Positions 30,869 to 40,733 of a stretch of 64,000 bases of DNA are shown one piece after another. Positions within the stretch are counted from its first letter, which is position 1; every line of letters starts with the position of its first letter. The DNA lies in contig OZ244042.1 in NCBI GenBank assembly GCA_965215015.1, positions 160,001 to 224,000 of the forward strand, in the 5' to 3' direction. Position numbers and translations under genes: made by a program. The notes under the pieces were generated by a model that saw only the letters and a program-made list of their open reading frames with translations, ran no database searches and was not told the origin of the DNA. Origin of the DNA: Candidatus Poribacteria bacterium (GTDB taxonomy: Bacteria > Poribacteria > WGA-4E > PCPOR2b).

Positions 30869-31092
30869 AGCAATTGGGGTCATAATAACGCAGGTTGCTA
30901 GTAGCGAAAATCCATCGGTTTGCCGTTAAAACTGAGAGACTCTACCTTTTGCTCCAGAGGAGCGATATGTTTATAGAACGGCGATAAGTTCAATCCCCGC
31001 ACTCCAGTAGAGCAACGGAATCGGGCCTGGTGCCTCCCCCTGCTTGCCGGGGGACTGAGGGGGGTAGTAGCTGCAAGGAGATCTTTTTCGGT

Positions 31093-31725
31093 ATGACAAA
31101 ACTTCGCAGAGAATATACCGACGCCGGCCTGGATGAGCAGGACCTAGATGCGAATCCCTTTAAGCAGTTTGAGAAGTGGTTTCAACAGGCAATTGATGCA
31201 AAACTTGATCTGCCGGACGCGATGACGCTGGCAACGGCGACGAAGGATAGTATACCTTCGGCAAGGATTGTACTGCTCAGGGGGCTTGACGAGCGAGGCT
31301 TCGTTTTTTATACGGACTACGAAAGCCAAAAGGGGAAAGAGCTTGCGGAAAATCCGAATGCAGCACTGGTTTTTTACTGGCGTGAACTAGATCGGCAGGT
31401 GCGTGTCACCGGGCAGGTGAGCAAGGTTTCGCGTGAAAACTCCAACAACTATTTTCAGAGCAGACCCGTTGAAAGCCGTTTGGCTGCGTTGGCGTCAAGA
31501 CAGACCGAAGTTATTGCTGACCGACAGGTGCTGGAAAATCAATTCAATCAGTTAGCAGAACAATATCAGGACAAAGAGATTCCACTGCCATCAGATTGGG
31601 GGGGGTACCGTTTATCCCCCAACATGATCGAGTTTTGGAGTGGGCGCCCAAGTCGCCTGCATGACCGTCTTCGCTACACCCGCCAACCCGATAATGATTG
31701 GCGGATTGAGAGAATTTCGCCGTGA
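31093..31725 (+). CDS. pdxH: Pyridoxamine 5'-phosphate oxidase
   Basis: LRREY, AMTLAT, PSARIVLL, RQVRV.G, YFQSRP, WGGY, EFWSGRPSRLHDR. Confidence 0.95.
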   Translation: MTKLRREYTDAGLDEQDLDANPFKQFEKWFQQAIDAKLDLPDAMTLATATKDSIPSARIVLLRGLDERGFVFYTDYESQKGKELAENPNAALVFYWRELDRQVRVTGQVSKVSRENSNNYFQSRPVESRLAALASRQTEVIADRQVLENQFNQLAEQYQDKEIPLPSDWGGYRLSPNMIEFWSGRPSRLHDRLRYTRQPDNDWRIERISP

Positions 31726-31857
31726 CACCTTTCCTCGAATCAGTCCTCCTAGTTAAATGCTAGTTAAATGAGGCTACTTACAAAGTAGTAGGCACACTGC
31801 GCGCCCTAAACCACACAACCGTTATGATATATGGCTAGGCTAACACCCAACTCTTGC

Positions 31858-31943
31858 GCCTCCCCCTGCTTGCGGGGGGACCGAGGGGGGTTGAGTTGAC
31901 CAATGGCTCTCGCCCACTCGTAGTAGCGCAATTTATTGCGCGT
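31858..31943. repeat. CCCCCTGCTTGCGGGGG hairpin plus a GTAG hairpin between convergent genes
   Basis: cctccccctgcttgcggggggaccgagggggg and gtagtagcgcaatttattgcgcgt. Confidence 0.8.
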
Positions 31944-32045
31944 CGAATGCCACCAGCCTCTAATTTTTTGTAGATCTATACCAGCCTTTTACGTCTCCGT
32001 ATTGGTATTCTTGAATATCATTTGTTAAGTTGATAGCGTGTGTAA

Positions 32046-32690
32046 TCATTCAGATTTACGATTTGTGTTAAGCCGCTGTTGTAGCTGCTCCCGAATCATG
32101 AAGTCGTCGGGGGCAACAATCCCCCCTGAAATCAGCATTTTCATAGCAGTTTCAACTTTCATGTTTGTTTCATAAATAATCTCTGGATCACAGAAGAGCA
32201 AAACGCCTGTTGTCGGATTTGGACTGGTTGGGACAAAAACAGAAACCACAGGAACAGGATTCCCTTCCTCCTGGAATTCCCCCGTAACAAAGCCGATGAC
32301 ACGTATCGTCGATCCGGGAGTCTTAACCGCAACTGCTCGTGTGAATTTGCTCGCATTTGAGGGCATCAAAGCCATTTGCACTACCTGTTTGACGGGGGCA
32401 TAGACCTCGCGCACGAGTGGAATCTTTGTTAAAATTTTCTCGCCTGCCCCAAGTAGCTTTTGTCCCAAAAAATTAGAGACAATCAGACCCACTAGGTAAA
32501 CGATCAGGATTGTCGCCAGCACTCCCATACCAATGTGATACCTGCCCCCCAAGACCTCTGACATTATCGGCGCAAGCCAGCTATCAATCGTAGTGAAAAG
32601 GAAGCGCAGCACAAAAAAAGTGACACCCAACGGTATCAGCGTCAGAATTCCTGTGATTAGTGTACTCTTGAAATGTCTTTTGATTCTCAT
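32046..32690 (-). CDS. DUF502 family membrane protein
   Basis: TGILTLIPLGVT, KIPLVREVY..VKQ, VFVPTSPNPTTG, AMKMLISGG. Confidence 0.9.
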   Translation of the reverse strand: MRIKRHFKSTLITGILTLIPLGVTFFVLRFLFTTIDSWLAPIMSEVLGGRYHIGMGVLATILIVYLVGLIVSNFLGQKLLGAGEKILTKIPLVREVYAPVKQVVQMALMPSNASKFTRAVAVKTPGSTIRVIGFVTGEFQEEGNPVPVVSVFVPTSPNPTTGVLLFCDPEIIYETNMKVETAMKMLISGGIVAPDDFMIREQLQQRLNTNRKSE

Positions 32691-33184
32691 TTTTGCTTGT
32701 ATTAAAAAATATAACTAATCTGATGTCAGTCAAATACCTTTCGTCCGTCGTTAATTGCGCTATGAAATCAAAAATTTAATGCCGCAAGTTACTACTTATA
32801 GGGTAAATTGCAGCTGGGGTGAATGAGAACCAAAGTGTGAAAATCAGTGCTCGACGAGGTTCGCTGAGTAAACACCTTTATAACTGTTCACCCCAAATGG
32901 CTTAGATGTGTTTATCCGAGCTGAGCGGAGCTAGCAAATACAACGCAAAACGGAAAAAAAGGTTCAAAATATTCCAATTTCCGATAGGTAGCAGCTTAGA
33001 TTTTAATATGCTAAATATGATAGCATACAATCTAAGCGTCGTCAATCAGGTTGCTCATTTCTACGGTCAAATAATTGTCGTAGAAGTTTCTCTGAAATGC
33101 GTAAAACTTGTTGTTATTCAGGTCCAATCGCGTTAAAATACAGTCGGCTTAACATAAAAATAGACTCAGGGAAGGGGTAAGATT

Positions 33185-34354
33185 GTGAAAATCACTAAAA
33201 TTGAGACGCTTCGGGCGAGCCGATTCATGTACGTCAAAGTGGAGACGGATGAAGATATCACAGGGATCGGCGAGCTCCATCCAGCTAGCGGTACCGGCGG
33301 CACGCCATTTGTGCCAATCGCAGGGGTCAAATATTGCGCCGAATACCTTGTCGGCAAAAACCCTCTGCATATCGAACGCCACTGGCAGCATACATTTCGT
33401 CGCTGTTTATTCCGCGGCGGCGCAGACGTGATGGCCGCCATCGGTACAATCGATATCGCCTTGTGGGACATCAAAGGCAAAGTGCTTGGCGCACCGGTTT
33501 ATGAACTGATCGGCGGGCCCACACGGGAGAAGGTTCGTCTTTATACACATCTAGGCGGCACCACGTCCGAAGAATTGGCAGAGCAGGCATCCGCCCGTGT
33601 GGAAGAAGGGTTCACCGCGGTTCGGTTGTATCCGTTCGGTGATTTCGGTGTCTCCGATTTCGAGGAAGGACACGGTCTGGAAAACATGAGTTATACCGCT
33701 ATGGTTCGCAATGCAGAACAGCGGGTCGCAGCAGTCAGGGACGCCGTGGGGCCCGACGTAGACGTGATGATTGATGTCGTCAACCGACTCACCCCAGCGG
33801 AAGCCATCGCTGTGGGACGGGCACTTGAGCCGTACGACCTATACTTTTTCGAGGATCCGATTGAGCCTGAAAATATGGAGGCATGGGAGCACGTCGCAGC
33901 TAGCGTTCCAATGCCACTGGCGATGGGGGAACGACTCTATACAATTTACCAGTTCCGAGATCTGCTGAACCATAACGGCGCTGCATTCGTCCGTCCTGAC
34001 TTGTCGCTCGCCGGGGGCATCACCAATGTCAAGAAAATCGCAACGCTTGCAGAAGCAAGCTACATCGGTGTCGTACCGCACAATCCGTTAAGTTGTGTCC
34101 TTACTGCCGCGTGTGTGCAAATTGATGCAGCCATTCACAATCTTGCGGTGCAAGAGTATCCGTTGGGTGAAGATAAAGCCCCGAAACGCGATCTTGTCAA
34201 AGAACCGATTAAGCGGGAAGGCGGCTATTTAATCCTTCCAGACACGCCGGGAATCGGGATTGAGCTCAACGAAGAAGCATTTAAGCATTATCCTCCTGAG
34301 CCGTATGTGCGCCCACCCCTCATAACCCCGGATGGGGGACTGAAGGAGTATTAA
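33185..34354 (+). CDS. Mandelate racemase/galactonate dehydratase-like enolase superfamily protein
   Basis: IDIALWDIKGK, FFEDP, GERLYT, RPDLSLAGGIT, PHNP. Confidence 0.9.
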   Translation: MKITKIETLRASRFMYVKVETDEDITGIGELHPASGTGGTPFVPIAGVKYCAEYLVGKNPLHIERHWQHTFRRCLFRGGADVMAAIGTIDIALWDIKGKVLGAPVYELIGGPTREKVRLYTHLGGTTSEELAEQASARVEEGFTAVRLYPFGDFGVSDFEEGHGLENMSYTAMVRNAEQRVAAVRDAVGPDVDVMIDVVNRLTPAEAIAVGRALEPYDLYFFEDPIEPENMEAWEHVAASVPMPLAMGERLYTIYQFRDLLNHNGAAFVRPDLSLAGGITNVKKIATLAEASYIGVVPHNPLSCVLTAACVQIDAAIHNLAVQEYPLGEDKAPKRDLVKEPIKREGGYLILPDTPGIGIELNEEAFKHYPPEPYVRPPLITPDGGLKEY

Positions 34355-34442
34355 TGCTCTGGTATTAGAAACCAGGGTTTGTAGTAGCGCAATTTATTGC
34401 GCGTGGTTTACCAGTATTAATGCCCTGGTATTGGAAACCAGG
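34347..34442. repeat. GTAG-hairpin 36-bp insert flanked by a 30-bp direct duplication containing both convergent stop codons
   Basis: agtattaatgctctggtattagaaaccagg (34347-34376) and agtattaatgccctggtattggaaaccagg (34413-34442). Confidence 0.9.
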
Positions 34443-35646
34443 CCCCACCGGTTTTTCTCGCTAGTGCCTTTTGCTCACGCTCGGCTTTGAGTGGATCATC
34501 GGATTCAGTTTCATCAACGCCCCCAATTATATCCATCGTTATCTCTGCTTCCCAACACTGTCGTAGCACTTCGCTAAGTGTATAAGGACCTGTGCACGGT
34601 GCATCGGTAATGAGGATAAAACGACGTCGTGCCTCCGGACGGAATTTTATCCTCGATATCGATTTGGCAATCGCCTCATAAGCCCGTTCAGTCCCACCAC
34701 ACTTGACGTTTTCTAGGAGGCGTTCATACCTCTGGTAATCCTTTGTTGGTTGGTGAAAGTGCTGTGCCAAATACTTAAACGGCACCATTGCCATCGTAAA
34801 ATCCAACCCTTCTGCTCGGAAGATTTCTACCATATCAATGAGATGCCTGCCCACCGCGCGGATATTATCTTCCATACTGCCACTGGTATCCAACAAAAAG
34901 ACAATATCTACAGTCGGTGAATCTTTCCCGCTCGCAATGCCGCTGGCGATTGTCTGAAGCAGCGATCCAATCTGTGCATCACGATCAAGCACCGGTGCTT
35001 CAATACCATCAGTTTGTGATTCTTGTCTTTGCGAAAGATTGTGTTTGGCTTCGCTGGACGTTGATCGAGGGATTGCGGCCGCGGTTTCTAGCAATTCGCC
35101 AACTGATTCGTACAAACGCTGACTATCTTCGGAGGTTTCTGCAAACAGGGTATCTGATGTGCGTAGTAAGTGTGCAGTTGTACTTAGCGGTTTAGCCTCC
35201 AACCGAACCTGTGGATTCACTACCTCTAAACCCTTTGAAGACAGTAATGGAGTGGAAGACGCATTATTTGCGTCAAGTTGGGGGGGGAGGTTAGCATGAA
35301 AGATTGGCTTTTTCATATCTACAGGATGAAGGCGTTGGGAATGGAGCTCGACCTCGATCAGTTCCGCAACAATCGGCTCCGGGGGCGGTGGTTGGTACCA
35401 TCGCGGCAAACTGACGCTAACCACAAGAACTACTGTTAAGTGCACTAGCAAGGAGATAACAAACGAGAAGCGTGTGCGCCGCCTGGCTCGGGTTCGATTA
35501 TACATCGGAGACCATCGATAGTTGTCAGGCGCGGGAGAGGAACCGTGAGTCTTAGAACGTTGAAAGTCAGGTAGGGCACTTTTTCTGTAAAATCTGTAAA
35601 ACTTGAATCCTGATGTGCGATGCTTAAACGTGGTTAGCCAATTCAT
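34417..35646 (-). CDS. Membrane-anchored vWA domain protein
   Basis: SLLVHL anchor; DIVFLLDTSGSM (MIDAS), ILITDA, LARKTGG; true start may be near MYNRT. Confidence 0.85.
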   Translation of the reverse strand: MNWLTTFKHRTSGFKFYRFYRKSALPDFQRSKTHGSSPAPDNYRWSPMYNRTRARRRTRFSFVISLLVHLTVVLVVSVSLPRWYQPPPPEPIVAELIEVELHSQRLHPVDMKKPIFHANLPPQLDANNASSTPLLSSKGLEVVNPQVRLEAKPLSTTAHLLRTSDTLFAETSEDSQRLYESVGELLETAAAIPRSTSSEAKHNLSQRQESQTDGIEAPVLDRDAQIGSLLQTIASGIASGKDSPTVDIVFLLDTSGSMEDNIRAVGRHLIDMVEIFRAEGLDFTMAMVPFKYLAQHFHQPTKDYQRYERLLENVKCGGTERAYEAIAKSISRIKFRPEARRRFILITDAPCTGPYTLSEVLRQCWEAEITMDIIGGVDETESDDPLKAEREQKALARKTGGAWFPIPGH

Positions 35647-35845
35647 TAGATTTCCCCATTCGCCGATTTGCTCACTGCGATTTTATCACCAAACGTTCTC
35701 TATGTCAAAAAAATCCTGCTTGAGATCAAGCCAATCAAAGGATGGAGAATAGATATTTTGCTTGCAGGTTCAAAGACAGGTGTGTTACAATAAATTTGAT
35801 TTTCACGTATTCGGGGATTTAGGCTTCATGATTGGAATGGGAACC

Positions 35846-36358
35846 ATGGAAGCAAATGTACTGGTATTAAATGCAAGCTATGAAGCAATCAACGTTTGCA
35901 GCCTAGGGCGTGCAATCAAGATGCTTGTCAAGGGTGTAGCGTGCATGGAGGAAGTTTCTGATCTCGAAATTCGTTCGCCGACTGTTTCGATGAAGATACC
36001 GTTGGTAATCCGTTTAATCAATTATGTCCATATCCCGCACTGCGTTGTGAAGTTTTCACGAAAAAATGTTTTGGTTCGAGATCAATACACATGCCAATAT
36101 TGCAATCAACATTTCCCACCATCAACCCTAACGATTGATCACATCATCCCCCGTTCAAAGGGAGGGACAACCGTGTGGGAAAATGTGGCGACAGCGTGTA
36201 AAACCTGTAACTCCAAGAAGGGAGATCGCACCCCTCATGAAGCTCGTATGTTCCCCAAACGTTCGCCCAAGGCACCCTCGATTATCTCCTATCTACACTT
36301 GAGCCGCAATGGTCGATCCTATGACGAATCTTGGAAAAAGTACCTGTACATCAACTGA
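35846..36358 (+). CDS. HNH endonuclease (McrA-like/HNH_5)
   Basis: VLVLNASYE, FSRKNVLVRDQYTCQYC, TIDHIIPRSKGG, WENVATACKTCNSKKG. Confidence 0.9.
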   Translation: MEANVLVLNASYEAINVCSLGRAIKMLVKGVACMEEVSDLEIRSPTVSMKIPLVIRLINYVHIPHCVVKFSRKNVLVRDQYTCQYCNQHFPPSTLTIDHIIPRSKGGTTVWENVATACKTCNSKKGDRTPHEARMFPKRSPKAPSIISYLHLSRNGRSYDESWKKYLYIN

Positions 36359-36385
36359 CTTGATGAACCCTCCGATCAACCGAAT

Positions 36386-37165
36386 TTGTGTCTTACCTTA
36401 CTAGAAAGACTCATGTTAAGAAATCGTGTAACAGAAACCGAAGATGGCAAAATTGTATCTATTGAGGAAATTCGCAAAAAATCGCGGAGGCTTCTCTGTT
36501 CCTATCATGTGTATATGGCTAATGTCTTGATGGTGAGCCTTCCATTCCTACTGTTGGCTTGTACCTTACAAGCCCCAGAAGATTATTACTATGAGTTCGC
36601 TCTGATGGAGGGGTGGGGGAAAATGAACCGACAGAAAACTGGCAGACAGCTTCATGAAGTCATACACCACCCGGAGAATAGCGAACCACTTGTGATCGCA
36701 TTTGAAGTTGGCAAACCGCCCGCGGCATTGCTCGGTTTTGTCCCGTATAATATTCCAGATTTACCGCAGGTAGATCAACTACCTAATAGGGCGAACCCGC
36801 AGGTGCCAATTTCACTACGGGGTGAAGTATTGCGCCAACTTTTTGATGAAAAACAAATTCGGGTTGTGCATTGGCGATTAAGTAATGGTCGCCTGAAGGG
36901 CAATCAAAACATTGTGCTGCTCAACTTTATTCCCCGTGCATTCTCTGAACGCGCAATCAAGGAGGAGTTCCTGATAATCTTTGCGATTGTGCATGCAGCG
37001 CAAACACAAGCGGATACAATTGATGCGATACGAAGCATGGCAGAGGACGAAAACGGTACGCCGCAGATGAGCGTGGAGGCTCAAGTCGCAAATTATACAG
37101 CCTATCTTCAAGGAAAAATTGACGGACAGCAGTGGGAGCAGCGACTTCGACTCCAGAGATTTTAA
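36386..37165 (+). CDS. Hypothetical protein, possible lipoprotein
   Basis: 259-aa ORF ending 2 bp before rnpA; internal LLLAC lipobox suggests a later start (MANVL). Confidence 0.55.
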   Translation: MCLTLLERLMLRNRVTETEDGKIVSIEEIRKKSRRLLCSYHVYMANVLMVSLPFLLLACTLQAPEDYYYEFALMEGWGKMNRQKTGRQLHEVIHHPENSEPLVIAFEVGKPPAALLGFVPYNIPDLPQVDQLPNRANPQVPISLRGEVLRQLFDEKQIRVVHWRLSNGRLKGNQNIVLLNFIPRAFSERAIKEEFLIIFAIVHAAQTQADTIDAIRSMAEDENGTPQMSVEAQVANYTAYLQGKIDGQQWEQRLRLQRF

Positions 37166-37166
37166 T

Positions 37167-37517
37167 ATGGCGCATAAGGTTCATCCGAATAGACTGACAC
37201 AACGTTGGGAATTTCAACGAGGCTATAAAAAAGGGGAAAAGTACTGGAATCGCCACCTTGTTATATATGTTGTCAAACAGTCTTTAGGTTCCACCCGTTT
37301 GGGTATCACTGTCAGTAAAAAGGTTGGCAACAGTGTTAAACGGAATCGCCTCAAACGCCTAATCCGGGAATCGTTTAGATTATCAAAGCAGCACACACGT
37401 CTGGGATATGATATCGTCGCTGTTGGCAGATCTGCGGCGGTCGGTGTGAAATGCCAACAAGTTCAAGCGTCATTCTTACAACTTCTACAACGAGCCAAGG
37501 TATACAAGTCTGAGTGA
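37167..37517 (+). CDS. rnpA: Ribonuclease P protein component
   Basis: RLGITVSKKVGNSVKRNRLKRLIRESFR. Confidence 0.95.
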   Translation: MAHKVHPNRLTQRWEFQRGYKKGEKYWNRHLVIYVVKQSLGSTRLGITVSKKVGNSVKRNRLKRLIRESFRLSKQHTRLGYDIVAVGRSAAVGVKCQQVQASFLQLLQRAKVYKSE

Positions 37518-37592
37518 TTCGGCACGCATGTAAACCTGTTAAATTATATAAGCCCAGCAGGGCTGGGACTTTTGAGCCGTTTTGTGGATGCC

Positions 37593-37802
37593 ATGAAAAT
37601 CGTCCTCATTTATGCCATACACTGCTATCGCAAACTGATTTCACCGCTCTTTCCACCAACCTGCCGGTTTTATCCAACGTGCTCTCAATATGCCCTTGAA
37701 GCAATCACAAAGTATGGAGTTTTGAAAGGTGGGTGGCTTGCGCTCAAACGACTATCCAAGTGCCACCCCTATCACCCCGGCGGTTATCATCCCCTTAAAT
37801 AA
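37593..37802 (+). CDS. yidD: Membrane protein insertion efficiency factor
   Basis: [21 protein letters not shown]...R..KCHP...GG. Confidence 0.95.
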   Translation: MKIVLIYAIHCYRKLISPLFPPTCRFYPTCSQYALEAITKYGVLKGGWLALKRLSKCHPYHPGGYHPLK

Positions 37803-37852
37803 AAGGGAATAAGCCGTTACTGGCTTCTAATAAAACGCAAAGAAAAGAACTT

Positions 37853-37995
37853 ATGCCTCCCCCCGCTTGCGGGGGACTGAGGGGTGGGCCGTAAGTATTC
37901 CCTTGGGACCGCAACTCGTAGTAGCGCAATTCATGGCGCGTATCTTTACGCCGGGCCTTGCCCCCCTCCCTCTGCTTGCGGGGGATAGAGGGGTT
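37853..37995. repeat. Composite repeat: two CCCCGCTTGCGGGGG hairpins around one GTAG hairpin, between yidD and yidC
   Basis: Copies at about 37856, 37918 and 37961. Confidence 0.8.
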
Positions 37996-38097
37996 AAAGG
38001 GGAGCGACTTTGCGTTCAGTTCAGAGAAAAGCCAATAACTACTCATTGCGAAATAAAATTCTAGCGTTGGGGAAATTGTCATGAGGAGATTCTTTAA

Positions 38098-39999
38098 ATG
38101 GAGAAACGTTATATCTTAGCCCTTGTGCTCATGGTTGCTGTGATGTTTGGTTGGAGTTGGTTTTATGGTCGAAAACTGCCCAAACCTACGCAAACAACCG
38201 AACAAGCGACTGAGCAAACAAGGGAGGCTTCACCCATCTCACCAGATCCATCATCATCTGATAGTTCTTTATCCGGTAGAACAACAGTTGATACAGGTCA
38301 ATCAGTGCAAGTAGAGGCACTGCCCCGCCCCCGGCAGCCGGTAAAGGAGGGTAAAACGGTTCATGTCGAGACCGGAAAATACGATATTATGTTTTCAGTT
38401 GGACGATTCGCTTACGCCCACAAATGGGCACTTAAAGAATACCCAGATAGATCCGGTATGAGCGAACCGTTGTTTAACCTAATCCCAGAAACAGCCCAAA
38501 ACTGTCTGTCAATCCACTTTCTTAATCAAGACTTGACAACCGATGCTATGGACACGTTTTGGGAGACGGACAAAATGGAGCTCGTTCTCACAGATCAAAA
38601 CCCGTACGATACCCTTACATTCAGCAAGCAGGTTGGAGAAAACCTCAAGGTTCTCAAGAAATTTACGTTTTACTACCATAGCTACTACGCTGATCTTGAA
38701 TTGACGTTCCAAAATTTGTCGAATCAACCGTTAATTTCTCTTGATATGATGAGTGATAACCGTAACGGGTATAAACTCCGTTGGGGCCCTGGGATAAATG
38801 CAGATCTGCTTACACATGAACGCAAAAATGATAAACGAGGACGCCATAATCCGAAAAGCGAAGGTGCCAGAGCCTTGAGCAGTGGTGCTAGCAAACCGGT
38901 TAAAAAATTTGATGACTCTCAAAGTACGAATATAGCATTATGGGCGGGTGTGAATAATAAATATTTTGCTGCACTCATGATTCCAGATGGAGTGCTCAAC
39001 GCCACATACGAACTCGAAACTCTCTTAGACAACGGAACAACAGCACCAGCGGCTATTACTGCCCCAGCGGAAGCCGCAAGCCTCATTATTCCCGGATTTT
39101 CATTGGATTCCCACAAAAGCCGGACAGACCAATTCCGTATCTATGTCGGTCCAAAGGAGTACAAAGTTCTAAAAACAATCGTGCCACCGGGAACTCAGGA
39201 GGAAGACCTCCAACTTGCTGATATTATCGACTTCGGTTTCTTTTGGTATATTGCTTGGGTCATGCTTTGGCTACTGAATTTCTTTTATGGCATTATCAAC
39301 AATTATGGGGTTGCCATCATTCTGCTGACTTTATTAGTAAAGGTGGTTTCATACCCCCTTACCCGTAAAGGTTATAAGTCGATGCAAGCGATGCAGAAAC
39401 TGCAACCCCTGCTTACGGAGATCCGTGAAAAGCATCGAGATGATCCTCAGAAACTCAATAAAGCAACGATGCAATTATACAAAGAACATGGTGTTAATCC
39501 ATTCGGTGGTTGCATTCCTTGGATTCCACAGATCCCGGTCTTTATCGCGCTATTTGCACTCCTTGGTAATGCCGTTGAACTACGAGGTGAGCCCTTCTTT
39601 TTATGGATAGATGATCTGGCCTCGCCCGATGTACTATTCACCCTCCCTTTTACAATTCCGTTCCTTGGAGATGCCGTTCGATTTCTACCAATTGTCAACG
39701 GGTTAACGACTTGGTTACAACAGAAGACATCAGGCGGTATGACCCCTGTGACCGACAATATGCAAGCGAAGATTATGCAATTTATGCCCTTGCTTTTTGT
39801 CTTTATCCTTTATAACTTTGCATCGGGATTGGCACTTTATTGGCTCTGCAACAATATTTTTACCATCGGACAACAGTATTTACCCAAATTGTGGCAATCT
39901 GATGAAGCGGAAGAAGAGACCCCTGTTAATACCCCATCCACAAAAAAACAACCTCAATCCAAGAGACGACAGTCCCCAACCGCGAGCCGTAAGACATGA
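38098..39999 (+). CDS. yidC: Membrane protein insertase YidC
   Basis: IDFG, NYGVAIILLT, MQKLQP, LYKEHGVNPFGGC, WIDDLASPD, GLALYW. Confidence 0.95.
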   Translation: MEKRYILALVLMVAVMFGWSWFYGRKLPKPTQTTEQATEQTREASPISPDPSSSDSSLSGRTTVDTGQSVQVEALPRPRQPVKEGKTVHVETGKYDIMFSVGRFAYAHKWALKEYPDRSGMSEPLFNLIPETAQNCLSIHFLNQDLTTDAMDTFWETDKMELVLTDQNPYDTLTFSKQVGENLKVLKKFTFYYHSYYADLELTFQNLSNQPLISLDMMSDNRNGYKLRWGPGINADLLTHERKNDKRGRHNPKSEGARALSSGASKPVKKFDDSQSTNIALWAGVNNKYFAALMIPDGVLNATYELETLLDNGTTAPAAITAPAEAASLIIPGFSLDSHKSRTDQFRIYVGPKEYKVLKTIVPPGTQEEDLQLADIIDFGFFWYIAWVMLWLLNFFYGIINNYGVAIILLTLLVKVVSYPLTRKGYKSMQAMQKLQPLLTEIREKHRDDPQKLNKATMQLYKEHGVNPFGGCIPWIPQIPVFIALFALLGNAVELRGEPFFLWIDDLASPDVLFTLPFTIPFLGDAVRFLPIVNGLTTWLQQKTSGGMTPVTDNMQAKIMQFMPLLFVFILYNFASGLALYWLCNNIFTIGQQYLPKLWQSDEAEEETPVNTPSTKKQPQSKRRQSPTASRKT

Positions 40000-40082
40000 G
40001 ATGCGGAACGCGAACCATAGATTCCAATAATACTATTCAATAATTATAGATATTATACGGTTATTCAGGAGGATACTGAATC

Positions 40083-40733
40083 GTGCACCAATATGTTGAA
40101 GTTGAAGAAGATACAACAGAGGAAGCCTTGGAGGCAGCCCTTAAAAAACTTAGTGCGAGTCGTGAACAAGTGAGTGTAAGGGTTATACATGAACCCACGA
40201 AAGGTATCCTTGGCTTAGGGGCAAAACTGGCTAAAATCCGTGTGACCCTAAAAGAGGATATTTCTCCGACGCCAGAGACGGTACTTCATGAAATTCTAAG
40301 TCGTATGGGGCTTGAGGTGCAGATTGAATCTCAAATCATCAATGGGAGTATACATCTTACAGTGAATTCCGATAATCCCGGTATACTAATCGGTAAACAT
40401 GGGCAGACACTGAATGCCGTCGAATATTTGCTGAATTGTATATTAAATAGGTCCTCTCTCGTAAAAAAGAAAGTGTTTGTTGACGCGGAAGGATACCGGG
40501 AACGGCGCAAGCAGATGCTAATTGATCTGGCTTATCGTGCTGCTGCAAAGGTTAAACAGACTCATCAAGAGATTGTCCTCGACCCGATGCCCCCTCGAGA
40601 CCGCCGGATTATTCATGTTACCTTACAATCAGATGAGCATATTCGCACGTATAGCCGGGGTGAGGGAATGATGCGGCGTGTTGCTGTCACCACACGCGAA
40701 AGATATGAAACAAGCTCAAAGCAGTATGATTGA
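40083..40733 (+). CDS. jag: Jag/EloR RNA-binding protein (KH and R3H domains)
   Basis: KGILGLG, GILIGKHGQTLNA, PMPPRDRRIIH, TYSRGEG. Confidence 0.92.
   Translation: MHQYVEVEEDTTEEALEAALKKLSASREQVSVRVIHEPTKGILGLGAKLAKIRVTLKEDISPTPETVLHEILSRMGLEVQIESQIINGSIHLTVNSDNPGILIGKHGQTLNAVEYLLNCILNRSSLVKKKVFVDAEGYRERRKQMLIDLAYRAAAKVKQTHQEIVLDPMPPRDRRIIHVTLQSDEHIRTYSRGEGMMRRVAVTTRERYETSSKQYD

Noticed and set aside
30567-30929. 120-aa ORF after leuB
   Set aside because: It runs through repeat elements and has no recognisable domain; at most a degraded fragment.
31885-31980. 66-bp duplication geometry around the GTAG hairpin at 31920 (also 37918)
   Set aside because: No convincing flanking direct repeat; not counted as support.
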